The notes under the pieces were generated by a model. That model did not search any database and was not told the origin of the DNA. It saw nothing but the letters and a program-made list of their open reading frames with translations. DNA of 64,000 nt, taken from an uncultured archaeon (GTDB lineage Archaea > Asgardarchaeota > Thorarchaeia > Thorarchaeales > Thorarchaeaceae). Position 1 is the stretch's first letter. Each line of letters opens with the position of its first letter. The position numbers and the translations under genes were made by a program. The DNA is taken from positions 81,974 to 145,973 of the forward strand of contig CAYWJO010000004.1 of the NCBI GenBank assembly GCA_964458565.1, given 5' to 3'. Positions 9,776 to 19,541 of this stretch are shown piece by piece.

Positions 9776-11359
9776 ATGTCTGATGAATCCCCACAAATTG
9801 ACTGGCGCGACTCAAACTGGTACACATCAATCGCTGATTTTGTAAGTAAATTTAGACGTCATAGGATGGGACTCATTGGGATAACAATCCTAATTTTTTA
9901 CATCGTAATCGCGATTGCTGCTCCATTTATCGTTCCTTACGATCCTTCTCCCGCAAATAAGATTGCACCTCCCTTTCTTGCACCTGCTTGGATGCAAGTC
10001 TTTGATCCTCTGGGGGTTGTTACATCAGAACAAATCGACAATCAATATCTCGAATCATCACCCAACGTTACTATAGTTGGTGCCCATCAAGATAGATTCT
10101 CTTCAGTTCATTATCCAAGTTCACAAAATAAGAGCCATTTCAATATGACTTGGACGCATGTTGCCGGACAAGAATTGGATTTCCACGAAACACTGGATAA
10201 TACAGTTCATCCTGATTGTATGGATTTCATCTATATGACTCATACATTCGAGTGGGGATTTCAAAGCATGCCCAGTGATGTAAACATGACCTTCGATTAT
10301 GGTGTAACTCGTACTGGTACCTTTGCTACTCAAGAATATAGTGGACTTATGTTTAAGGTTTTCATCTATCTGATAGATTCTTCAGGTAACTGGTGGAAAG
10401 TCTACGAGTCTTTCCCACCATATTATGAATTGATCCAAAATAGACGTATTGATTTAAGCTACTTCGATGTAGTCGAAGGTTGGGAGGGTATGACTTCACA
10501 CCTAAATCAGACCGAAGATCCAACAAAACAATTGACAGTTGCTGTCGTTTTATCACCTACGGATAATTTCAGAAAATCTAGAAGTCCTAGCAATCCGATT
10601 GACTATCCGATCCTCAATTATACTGGGTCAGTTACTGTGCAGATAAAACGTTTGAGTATGATTGCATATGGAGATTACTTTGGTATTCTTGGTACCACTG
10701 ATAAAGGTGCAGATGCATATAGCCAGTTAATATGGGGAACTCGAATATCATTAACAATTGGAATTCTAGCAACAGGCATCTCAACAGCAGTTGGTGTGGT
10801 TGTTGGAATGACCGCAGGATATTTCGGTGGAAAACTAGACGAGATATTAATGAGGGTTGTTGACTTCCTCCTCGTGATACCAGGACTGCCGCTTATGATG
10901 GTCCTTGCGGCCTTCCTAGGGCCGACTATAGAAAATATAATTGTGGTCATATCTATACTTGGTTGGACGGGGACGTCTCGTCTGATCCGGTCACAGGTGA
11001 TGGCTGAAAAGAACAAGGCATACGTCGAGAGTGCGAAGGCAATTGGAGCCTCCGATACTTACATTATATATCGTCACATTCTCCCTAATGTAACACCAAT
11101 CTTGTTCGCTGACATAACATTGGGTGTCGTTGGTGCCATCCTTTCGGAATCTGGTCTTGCGTTCCTTGGTCTTACTGACCCAAGCGAACCAAGCTGGGGT
11201 AGAATGCTTGCTGACGCACAGGCCGCTGGTGGATTCAGCAATGGTGCATGGTGGGTTGTAGTCTTCCCGGGACTGATGATTACTATATTGTCACTCGCTT
11301 TCACCTTTGTTGGTCATACGCTTGATCAAGTACTTAATCCGCGTTTGCGTGAGAGATAG
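9776..11359 (+). CDS. oppC: Second OppC/DppC permease paralog with large extracytoplasmic insertion
   Basis: Same motifs as 6348-7988. Start placed at MSDESPQ (9776) by alignment to the paralog and a GAGGA SD. Confidence 0.92.
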   Translation: MSDESPQIDWRDSNWYTSIADFVSKFRRHRMGLIGITILIFYIVIAIAAPFIVPYDPSPANKIAPPFLAPAWMQVFDPLGVVTSEQIDNQYLESSPNVTIVGAHQDRFSSVHYPSSQNKSHFNMTWTHVAGQELDFHETLDNTVHPDCMDFIYMTHTFEWGFQSMPSDVNMTFDYGVTRTGTFATQEYSGLMFKVFIYLIDSSGNWWKVYESFPPYYELIQNRRIDLSYFDVVEGWEGMTSHLNQTEDPTKQLTVAVVLSPTDNFRKSRSPSNPIDYPILNYTGSVTVQIKRLSMIAYGDYFGILGTTDKGADAYSQLIWGTRISLTIGILATGISTAVGVVVGMTAGYFGGKLDEILMRVVDFLLVIPGLPLMMVLAAFLGPTIENIIVVISILGWTGTSRLIRSQVMAEKNKAYVESAKAIGASDTYIIYRHILPNVTPILFADITLGVVGAILSESGLAFLGLTDPSEPSWGRMLADAQAAGGFSNGAWWVVVFPGLMITILSLAFTFVGHTLDQVLNPRLRER

Positions 11360-11531
11360 AGTGTATCCAATAATCCTCAGTCTAAAAAGAAAAGATGGCC
11401 GATACAGATTTCGATATAATGGCCATTTTCCGACATACCTATGTGTATTAATGCCCAGCATAAGGCTTTTATTGACATTTGTGGAACGTCAGCATCAATC
11501 CGATTCCGACTCGGAAGGAGATAGAGAGAAT

Positions 11532-13466
11532 ATGCTTAAAGACCGTCGACGAGTTCTTGCATTAACACTCGTTGCCGCTTTTGCGTTTATGGCAATTTCA
11601 CCTATATTTGCCACAGCACAATTTACAGTTCCAGGTGGACTTAAAAATGGTCCATATGTGGACAAAATTGTGTATAACGTAATTGAAGGTGACGACCAGC
11701 AGGTCCTCGCTCTACAGAATGACGAGATCGATCTTATCGGTGATATGGTCGATCCAACTCACCTAGCCACTTTACAGGCAGCTGAGAATATTGAGGTAGC
11801 AAACGTACTCCGAAACGGGTACGGTTATGTTACCATTAACACAGCAAAGAACCCATTCAACTACACAGACTTCAGACGAGCAATTGCCTTTGCTCTTGAC
11901 AAGCAGGCAATCTCAGACGATGCTTGGGATGGTTTATCAGAACCTCAAGACTCAATGGTAGCTAAAGTCAACCCGTTCACAAGTGAAGGCCTTCTACCTT
12001 ACACTTACTATGAGGCACAGGTTGCTCTTGGAAATCAGATGCTGGATGACCTCGGAATGGAAATTGATCCCCTCACAACCTTCAGACTCACACCAAATGG
12101 TGATGCATTTGACGTGCTAGTTGAGTGCGCACAGTCATCCAACATTGCTATTGAAGTTGGTGAGAAGGTTGCTGAAGCACTTCGTGCTCTACACGTTGAT
12201 GCAGTATCAGAACCAACTGACTTCTATGAGTATCTGAACAGGCTCTACTTCCACGGTGACTATGACATCGTATTCCTTGGTTCAAGCTTCACCACCTTTG
12301 ATGTTGACTGGATTGCCTATGAGTACTGGTCAGAGTTTGCTGATGAGCCATACTACAACTTCCCCAACTGGCAGAACGCAACCTACGACAGCTGGAGAGA
12401 CCAACTCCTCCATGCGACTCAGTTTGAAGATGTCTACGAGGCAGCCTTCAAGATGCAGGAGATATGGGTCCATGCATGTCCAATGATCATCTGTTATGAG
12501 AACACTCTCTTGTCAGCCTATAGGACCGATAAGTTCGAGGGTCTCATTAACAGTGTGATTGATGGTGTACCTGGATGGTGGACAAACTACAAAGTTCACC
12601 TCAAGCCAGGTCAGTCTGGTGCTCCTTGGAGTGGTACATTCCGCTGGAGTAATCCACTCGACCTTGACACCTTCAACTTCATGACGGGCAGCTCTGCGTA
12701 CACCAATAATGTCCTCATGAATCTCTACGACAGTCTCATGACCATTGATTACAATGGTAACGACATATTGTGGTTGGCGGAGAATTATTTCGCTGAAACC
12801 CACGCTGATAATCCATCAGTGCCAGATGGCTATACCAGATTTACATTCGATATGATTCAGAATGCAACCTGGACTGATGGTACTCCACTGACTGCTGAGG
12901 ATGTTGCATACTCGCTCAACTATTTCCGTGATTCGCCAGCTAACCCATACGGTCCTGACCTTTTGGAGATGACTGCAGCGTATGCTCCAACAACATACAG
13001 GGTTGTAATAGAATTCAGTACTGAGTCATATTGGCATCTACATACTGTTGCATACAAGACCATTATTCCGAAGCACTTCTTCTTGACTATTGGTCTTGAT
13101 GGATGGAACACTTGGGATCCACAGCCTCCAACAGAGGGTATGGTCACATCAGGTCCATTCAATGTGTCTGACTACGTTGCTGGTGAGTTCTGTGAAGTGA
13201 CTTGGAATCCAGACTACTTCTATGGTATGGATCGTGATGAGATTTGGCAAACAACAACACCTGGTCCAACCACATCCACATCCACAACCACGACTCCAAT
13301 TACAACGACTGAGCCTGGAACAACCACTGAAACAACCACAACCACTGAAGAACCAACCACTCCTGTAGCACCTGTACAAGACTTCACCATGGCAATTGTT
13401 GCCGGTGCAGTTGGTGCGGCAGTTGTGATTCTCGTTGGTGGATATGTACTGCTTAGGCAGAAGTAG
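11532..13466 (+). CDS. oppA: Peptide ABC transporter substrate-binding protein (family 5) with signal peptide, Thr/Pro-rich linker and C-terminal TM anchor
   Basis: MLKDRRRVLAL signal, FRRAIAFALDK, ATWTDGTPLTAEDVAYS, TSGPF, poly-Thr linker, TM ending LLRQK. Confidence 0.9.
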   Translation: MLKDRRRVLALTLVAAFAFMAISPIFATAQFTVPGGLKNGPYVDKIVYNVIEGDDQQVLALQNDEIDLIGDMVDPTHLATLQAAENIEVANVLRNGYGYVTINTAKNPFNYTDFRRAIAFALDKQAISDDAWDGLSEPQDSMVAKVNPFTSEGLLPYTYYEAQVALGNQMLDDLGMEIDPLTTFRLTPNGDAFDVLVECAQSSNIAIEVGEKVAEALRALHVDAVSEPTDFYEYLNRLYFHGDYDIVFLGSSFTTFDVDWIAYEYWSEFADEPYYNFPNWQNATYDSWRDQLLHATQFEDVYEAAFKMQEIWVHACPMIICYENTLLSAYRTDKFEGLINSVIDGVPGWWTNYKVHLKPGQSGAPWSGTFRWSNPLDLDTFNFMTGSSAYTNNVLMNLYDSLMTIDYNGNDILWLAENYFAETHADNPSVPDGYTRFTFDMIQNATWTDGTPLTAEDVAYSLNYFRDSPANPYGPDLLEMTAAYAPTTYRVVIEFSTESYWHLHTVAYKTIIPKHFFLTIGLDGWNTWDPQPPTEGMVTSGPFNVSDYVAGEFCEVTWNPDYFYGMDRDEIWQTTTPGPTTSTSTTTTPITTTEPGTTTETTTTTEEPTTPVAPVQDFTMAIVAGAVGAAVVILVGGYVLLRQK

Positions 13467-13471
13467 TTTCA

Positions 13472-13509
13472 ATTTGGGGACTAAGTCCCCAAATCCCTTT
13501 CTTTTTTTT
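13472..13509 (+). terminator. Hairpin plus T tract after oppA
   Basis: Perfect ATTTGGGGAC/GTCCCCAAAT stem followed by CCCTTTCTTTTTTTT. Confidence 0.7.
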
Positions 13510-13597
13510 CAAACTCATTTCAAGACTAGTTAGTACCGTATTCATTGATTGCGTGTACCTCATTGTCTTTTAATAGATTTACAGGAAAAAGGAAGAA

Positions 13598-14476
13598 GTG
13601 AATTCAATGAAGTTCGACAGAGACCGTATAACACTCATCATTATCTCACTACTACCTGTTTTCATTGGTTCCTTATTATCTGCTAGCGTTATTTCATCAA
13701 CGGCCATTGGAGAGATTATCTCTGACTCGCGCGCTTTCACTCCAAGTGAGTTGATTATCCAAGCTGTTGTTTCAACGCTGATGGGCGTCTTTGTTGTTCT
13801 TTCGTTGTTCTATTTGATGTCCCGAAAAGGACGTGGCGTCCAGAAAATAGCTGTTGCATTCATTGTTTCTCCAATACTTTACTTGGTTTCATTGTTCCTG
13901 GGACAGTCCATACTAATTTTAATTTTCACAGGCTCAAATGATGCGTTTCAAGGAATATTGCTTGTAGTATCATTAGGAATTTCTATGTTATCCATCGTAT
14001 TGATAATGATCGATGCTATTCCTCCAATGATTCGAAATTTATTCGTTGCTTTCTATGGTAGCACATTTGGAACATTTCTCGGTTTAACAACCGTTACAGC
14101 AAGCATGTCGATTTTGATTCTCTCGTTAATAGTAGAGGATTTCTTCCTGACCAAATATAATCCAATTGCTGATGAGGAGTATATGGACTCAAAGATAGGA
14201 AGTGATCCATTTGATTACACTCGCATTCAATCTGAAAGTGTCGCAGTGGGTGTTGGTGATTTTGTAGCTTTCTCACTTATAGCTGCTCATTCTATAGCAT
14301 ATTTCCCAATTTTTGTTGCAGCCTCGTCAATGCTAATGTTGTGTGTTGGTATTATAATCAATATAGCAATTCTTGCTAAAGTGGGTGAGATATTACCTGC
14401 TATTCCATTACCTGCTATACTTGCTGTCGTACCTTGGTTTCTTCATATTGCCTCTTACATTGCCTTAGGAGGGTGA
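13598..14476 (+). CDS. Presenilin/signal-peptide-peptidase-like GxGD intramembrane aspartyl protease (A22)
   Basis: About 9 TM; first Asp in IVEDFF, then VGVGDF and a LPAIP (PAL-like) motif, in canonical order. Confidence 0.75.
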   Translation: MNSMKFDRDRITLIIISLLPVFIGSLLSASVISSTAIGEIISDSRAFTPSELIIQAVVSTLMGVFVVLSLFYLMSRKGRGVQKIAVAFIVSPILYLVSLFLGQSILILIFTGSNDAFQGILLVVSLGISMLSIVLIMIDAIPPMIRNLFVAFYGSTFGTFLGLTTVTASMSILILSLIVEDFFLTKYNPIADEEYMDSKIGSDPFDYTRIQSESVAVGVGDFVAFSLIAAHSIAYFPIFVAASSMLMLCVGIIINIAILAKVGEILPAIPLPAILAVVPWFLHIASYIALGG

Positions 14477-14537
14477 GTTAGCTGAATGCATTGAGCGGAA
14501 AGAAGATATTCATCAATGTCAGTACAAAATGTCGTGA

Positions 14538-15095
14538 ATGACAATGATATCGGATGACAGACCTCAGAACATGATTATTGGATTGGCAATCATTATTGGC
14601 GTGATTAGTGCTTTTTCACTTGCTAGTACAACTACATATTATACAGGTACTATCTACATGGTCCGATATATGGATATTAATTTAGAAGAGATTAGTATCA
14701 GTGGTTTGGATATCAATAACAAAAGCACAGACATACTTATGCGTCTTGTTTTTAATTTCCAAATCCCCGACACAAGCACAGGAAGTGTTCGTCTCACATA
14801 TATTGCTGCTCAAGTGATTGTAATTATAGATGACGTTGCAGATGAATTGAGCTATACTGTTTTTAGAAGAGATATATCACGACAGGATGGTCAGTTGACA
14901 CCTAACTTCAATAGAAACTTTACAATTTATGGACCAATTACAGATTCTACTGACAGAAATACATTGTATAACGCATCTGTTGCAGATAGCTGGAATTTCT
15001 CAATCGAACTCAGATATTTCTATCAATCATTTGGTTCAACAGCAGATGATGTGAACATAAGATTGTATTTAATTGATCAAGTACGCCTCACTTAA
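14538..15095 (+). CDS. Membrane-anchored extracellular beta-rich hypothetical protein (LEA14/WHy-like pattern)
   Basis: Single N-terminal TM, beta-strand-rich body, N-x-S/T sequons. Confidence 0.6.
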   Translation: MTMISDDRPQNMIIGLAIIIGVISAFSLASTTTYYTGTIYMVRYMDINLEEISISGLDINNKSTDILMRLVFNFQIPDTSTGSVRLTYIAAQVIVIIDDVADELSYTVFRRDISRQDGQLTPNFNRNFTIYGPITDSTDRNTLYNASVADSWNFSIELRYFYQSFGSTADDVNIRLYLIDQVRLT

Positions 15096-16135
15096 TTATC
15101 ACCAGAAAGCATCCCTTTCAGTCGAGCGATAACCTCTATAGAAGCCGGGTTGACATCCTTTTGTCTAGCTAATTTAACTGAGAGAACATCTAGGAAGTGT
15201 ATTTGAGCTAGAGTTTCATCTATCAGGGAATCAGTCTTGAATTTCAATTGATGAACAGGTATATCGTAAGACTTGTAGATTTCAATCGTTGCTTCAAGCC
15301 GCCTATGCAGCTGGACTGATTCAAAGCAGCTTCGAAGAAATATCGGTATGATTGCAAATTCCTTAAAACCCACTATAGATTCAATTTCATTGTGATTTAC
15401 TTCGGGTATCTCAGATGAGAAAGCGACACTCTTACTATTCTCATTGATTTGACATTTAGCTCTATATGCAACTGGAGCGAGATTGTTTGCACCTATGAAA
15501 AGGAGTATTGAATTTGTTAATTCATTTATTATCTGAAAATTCCATTGTTTCCTGAGCGCTTGAATTTTCTTTGACGCTAACTGAAACTCTGTTCTTTCGA
15601 ACCCAAGAATTATTTCCAACTCATTCATGAGTACGGAGAACAGAATAGGGAATGCTGCTCTTGGCTGAAATCCAGGTGGAATGACTTGATATGGAACTCC
15701 TAGATTTTTCAAGATATCTCCAATCTTACCTCCAGAAGTAATTGCAGTAACTCTGCAGTTCTTCATTATCGCTTGTTCAAGGCTAGAAATAGTTTCTGCA
15801 GTATTCCCTGAATAACTGATTGCGATGACAATCCACTTCGTATCGATGTAATGTGGTATGTCATAGTTCCTGATTACTTCAATTGGAATGTTGGATTTTG
15901 ATAATAAAAGTCCCTTACAGATAGATCCTGCAATCGAACTTCCTCCCATTCCGATGACACAGATCCCAGCAATCTCTTCCCTTGATATATTTTCTAGATA
16001 TTTTACTATTCCTAAATCTAGGTGCACCAAGGACAAGAGTTCTGGAAATCCATCAGCCATACTTTCCATATCATCTAGGTCAATGCTTTGGATATCTTTC
16101 AAGATTCTCAACAAATCTTGTATCTCGTTTTTCAT
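15092..16135 (-). CDS. Bifunctional phosphoglucose/phosphomannose isomerase (SIS domain)
   Basis: GMGGS, SYSGNTAET, TSGG, QPRAA, QINENSK, PEVNHNEI. Confidence 0.88.
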   Translation of the reverse strand: MKNEIQDLLRILKDIQSIDLDDMESMADGFPELLSLVHLDLGIVKYLENISREEIAGICVIGMGGSSIAGSICKGLLLSKSNIPIEVIRNYDIPHYIDTKWIVIAISYSGNTAETISSLEQAIMKNCRVTAITSGGKIGDILKNLGVPYQVIPPGFQPRAAFPILFSVLMNELEIILGFERTEFQLASKKIQALRKQWNFQIINELTNSILLFIGANNLAPVAYRAKCQINENSKSVAFSSEIPEVNHNEIESIVGFKEFAIIPIFLRSCFESVQLHRRLEATIEIYKSYDIPVHQLKFKTDSLIDETLAQIHFLDVLSVKLARQKDVNPASIEVIARLKGMLSGDN

Positions 16136-16223
16136 TTAATAGTGATTCGTTATTTCTCTGAAAGAATAACACTAATGAGAGGCTTTTTGAACAAGTTGTA
16201 TAGTTTGAATTCGAGGTGGACAA

Positions 16224-16715
16224 ATGGGTATTATGAAAACCGCAGCAATTAAGGGTCTAATTCCTGCTGGAAACAAAGTCGCGGAGCTTCGACACAACAT
16301 ATACAACATTATGGTGAAGACTCCCCTGGTTTTAGAAGAACAGTTAGGGCAAGACGGTCTAACCGCACTTGCTGAGGTTTTTCGCAGATTAGGACGTGAG
16401 GATGCAAAAGGGATGAAGGACCGACTTGGGTTTGGTGAAACTTTGAAAGATTCTGTTGATGCATGGAAGGTCATTGGCCATGTCTTAGGATCAAAAATGA
16501 GTGATACTTGGATATCAGAAACCCGTGTGGAATTTCATCACCAATATTGCCCTCAGCATGAAGCTTTCCAGAAAGAGGGAAAATTCTATTGTGAAACTAT
16601 ATGTTTACCCTACATGGAATCAATCGCATCTGGTATAGCACCATCAGTAAAGATGGATGTTGTTAGAGCATCTGATGAGAACCAACCTTGCATCAAAGGT
16701 TTGACTACTGATTGA
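16224..16715 (+). CDS. V4R/ATC-hydrolase-like small domain protein with conserved cysteines
   Basis: YCPQH...YCETIC...PC pattern; GAGGTG SD. Confidence 0.55.
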   Translation: MGIMKTAAIKGLIPAGNKVAELRHNIYNIMVKTPLVLEEQLGQDGLTALAEVFRRLGREDAKGMKDRLGFGETLKDSVDAWKVIGHVLGSKMSDTWISETRVEFHHQYCPQHEAFQKEGKFYCETICLPYMESIASGIAPSVKMDVVRASDENQPCIKGLTTD

Positions 16716-16780
16716 ACTAGTTGAATGATGTTACAGCTTCGTTATCTTCAGAGTCATCATAATGTAAATCCCCTAGGATT

Positions 16781-17497
16781 ATGCTTAAGTGTGGGAGGGT
16801 TCGGAATCAATTGGGAATTCTCTTGCTAAAAGCTGTAGTTTTTGATCTCGATGGTACAATTACAAAATTGATTCTACCATTAGAAGATATGAGACAGGAC
16901 ACCAAGACCTTTTTCATTACAAAGGGACTTCCTCCCCATCTAATTGACCCTGCTGATGGTATATCCAGCACAAAACACAAAGCTCTGAAATTCTTTAAAG
17001 AGAACGGAATTACTTCTGATGAATGGAATTCGTGGTGTGAAGAACTGGATTTTGTTTTGGACTCCCATGAAACAGATGTCGCTCATCGTGCAGAACTGAT
17101 TGATGGATCATTGGATGCTGTCAAGAGAATACGTAGTCTTAGATTAAAAACCGCAATTTTGACAAATAGTGGGCGATTAGCAGTTGATGTTATTCTGAAC
17201 CGAATTCCACTTGAGAGTTATTTTGATTTGATTCAAACACGATCTGAATCTAGTAGACCCAAGCCATTTCCAGATGGTATTCTTGAAGTCGTTGAAAAAT
17301 TGGGTGTCAGGATTGATGAAGCTTTATACATTGGTGATGCGAACATTGATGCCGTGGCTTCTTGTTCAGCAGGTATTCAATATTGGGGGGTTACTACTGG
17401 AGAAACTCAGGAAGATATCTTGTTGAGCTCTGGAGCTATGAAGGTCTTCAAATCTCTTGATGAAGTGTATTATGAGATTGAAAGGTCTATCAAATAA
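16781..17497 (+). CDS. HAD-superfamily hydrolase (phosphoglycolate phosphatase-like); true start probably TTG at 16823
   Basis: FDLDGT, LTNS, KPFP, YIGD...D motifs. Confidence 0.85.
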   Translation: MLKCGRVRNQLGILLLKAVVFDLDGTITKLILPLEDMRQDTKTFFITKGLPPHLIDPADGISSTKHKALKFFKENGITSDEWNSWCEELDFVLDSHETDVAHRAELIDGSLDAVKRIRSLRLKTAILTNSGRLAVDVILNRIPLESYFDLIQTRSESSRPKPFPDGILEVVEKLGVRIDEALYIGDANIDAVASCSAGIQYWGVTTGETQEDILLSSGAMKVFKSLDEVYYEIERSIK

Positions 17498-17726
17498 CTT
17501 GGCCAATTGTTAAGTTAACAATCGGTCAAAGATGTCCTTAATTTTTTAATTTCCTCGTACCCCTCTTTTGAGTTTAATTTATTCAAAATAGTCGTATTCT
17601 ATCAAGTAACAGCGCATTTTGGCTGATTACCCGAATCAAAATAGTGTTATATGTATATTCTCTCGATTTATCTTGCAAACAGTCCACTACCTTGTTCTGT
17701 ACCTATCAGATGAGGGTATAAAAAAG

Positions 17727-18107
17727 ATGAATATTGATGAAGGAGCATATCTAGTGCTAAAAGGCGCAACTGGAGCATTTAGTTGCAATGTGCCTATTCT
17801 TCCTCGGGAATGGTCTGATACAAATCGTCCATATGTAGCGCTTCTATTACTTGTGCAAGATGTCGTCCAGCGTCTAATGCTCTCATATCCCCATCCTGAC
17901 GGGTTTCTGGAAATATCTGAGATCGAAGACTTACCGGAAGAATCAATCATCGAAGTTCGTATAGACTCCCGTGAGTATAGCTATTATCGAAAAGAAAATA
18001 GTACCTGGAGGAAGGTTGGCGCAGCTCAAGATCCATTTCTTGTCGAGGTTTTCTCCCAGAGCGGAAGTCCTCTTGTAATGAACATGGTTATGGGAACAAC
18101 TATGTAA
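17727..18107 (+). CDS. Hypothetical protein
   Basis: ATG at 17727 after GAGGGT; protein-like composition, no family recognised. Confidence 0.55.
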   Translation: MNIDEGAYLVLKGATGAFSCNVPILPREWSDTNRPYVALLLLVQDVVQRLMLSYPHPDGFLEISEIEDLPEESIIEVRIDSREYSYYRKENSTWRKVGAAQDPFLVEVFSQSGSPLVMNMVMGTTM

Positions 18108-18119
18108 TTAGTGTAAGAT

Positions 18120-18263
18120 TCAATACCATTCAAACTCTTCTCCGCAACTGTTGCATCGATGATTGAGAACTATCACTTCGTCTGGTGGTGGGCCATGATT
18201 AATTTTCTCTACATCTGAACTGTCGCAAAAGGGGCATCTTGGAATGTTATTATCATCTGATAT
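18120..18263 (-). CDS. Small zinc-ribbon protein (47 aa; possible ATA start), absent from ORF track
   Basis: Hand translation: xSDDNNIPRCPFCDSSDVEKINHGPPPDEVIVLNHRCNSCGEEFEWY*, with CPxC...CxxC. Confidence 0.55.
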   Translation of the reverse strand: MSDDNNIPRCPFCDSSDVEKINHGPPPDEVIVLNHRCNSCGEEFEWY

Positions 18264-18310
18264 AGTACAGAATATTGTGAGGTTTTAATTTAAATTGTTT
18301 CAATGAATAA

Positions 18311-19039
18311 TTATGTTAAATTCACTTGGACAGCTCTGCACCAGAATGCTTGCGAAACCAGGTCCTTAGCTTCATCCAATGTTATATCTTGCTCAGTAAC
18401 TATATCATGTATAGACATGCCCGTTCTTAATGATTGGATGAACTTGGTCATTCTGAATACCGTACTCGGTAGTTCATTCCTCGGAATATATTTACTCCAC
18501 TCTTGGTCTACTTCGATGATGGTTTGTTCTGTCAGTTCAGATAGAACCAATGTCCTTCGGACATAGTGGTCAAATTCTTTGAAAGCAGAACCTTGCAGAT
18601 CATCTGCATATCGTAGTACATAGAAATTCTGTTCAAACTCATTAACAATCCGCTGAAGTTTTTCAGTTACATCCGGTGTTGCCTTTGATACTGCAAGAAC
18701 TCCAATAGACCACTCACCTTTCTCAATCAGCAATATAACATCATCACCAAATTCCGTTTTCCATGTTTTCGCTGATGTCCCAGTCACTTCCTGCATGAAA
18801 CTACTCATGGCTGATACAAATCCAGATATGATCTGAGGGTCTGGCATTCCATTAACAAATTCATGCCAGTATGGTGCGAGTCCACTCTGACTATTGAGAA
18901 CGATGAGTACCTTAGCGTTTGTGAATTCAGGATAGTCAAAACTAGAATCAGGTGAAAACAACCATCTTCGTAGTACACTTGTACTATGAGATAGCTTGCG
19001 ATATATATTTAGCAAAAATCTCCTGATTACATACGCCAT
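18311..19039 (-). CDS. Longin-like domain protein with C-terminal winged-helix-like segment
   Basis: VLIVLNSQSGL...DPQIISGFVSAMSSFMQEV...LQRIVNEFEQNF, a pattern typical of Asgard longin-like domains; paralog of 58089-59417. Confidence 0.65.
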   Translation of the reverse strand: MAYVIRRFLLNIYRKLSHSTSVLRRWLFSPDSSFDYPEFTNAKVLIVLNSQSGLAPYWHEFVNGMPDPQIISGFVSAMSSFMQEVTGTSAKTWKTEFGDDVILLIEKGEWSIGVLAVSKATPDVTEKLQRIVNEFEQNFYVLRYADDLQGSAFKEFDHYVRRTLVLSELTEQTIIEVDQEWSKYIPRNELPSTVFRMTKFIQSLRTGMSIHDIVTEQDITLDEAKDLVSQAFWCRAVQVNLT

Positions 19040-19263
19040 ATTTCCTGCATCCGACCCAAATATCTCTAATTCGAGGAAAATTTTCCTCTACTACTTTGCA
19101 TGAATGTTTTCCGAAATCATTTGAAATCAAATCGATGTCGTTCGCACTCAGTCTGCGAAACTCCTAGGTGTATCCTTCCACAGACGATATATTATCACTG
19201 CTTTGATTTAAGGGTTGTTGGTTAGCAAATAGTGATTTTCTGTGTGCTAGAAAATAAGATGAA

Positions 19264-19389
19264 GGTGCGAGGAGCGTCAGAATAAGTTAGGTTCGCTTTG
19301 GGGTTTGAGGAGGAGAGGATGTGTGCACTATGTGCGATTAGGATTCTTTCGGATTTTGGAGGGAGGGAGTTTGACGCTACCTCGACACT
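19264..19389. ncRNA. Candidate stem-closed small RNA (probably minus strand, C-rich loop)
   Basis: CGAGG-AGCGTCA pairs with TGACGCT-a-CCTCG. On the minus strand a TTTATAA box lies upstream and a T-rich tract downstream. Confidence 0.45.
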
Positions 19390-19541
19390 CGTTCAATTGA
19401 TATGGTTTTTGGGATTCCTTATAAAAATTGTGATATTCTCAATATCTTTATGATTTATTTGCGATAATCGCAATATTAAGGCGTCCTACATTTCCTTAAA
19501 TCGAAATTATTTCATAATATTCTCAGCTACTAAACACAGCA

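Noticed and set aside
13248-13370. ACA/ACC-rich repeat
   Set aside because: It encodes the Thr/Pro linker of OppA and is not a CRISPR array or independent repeat.
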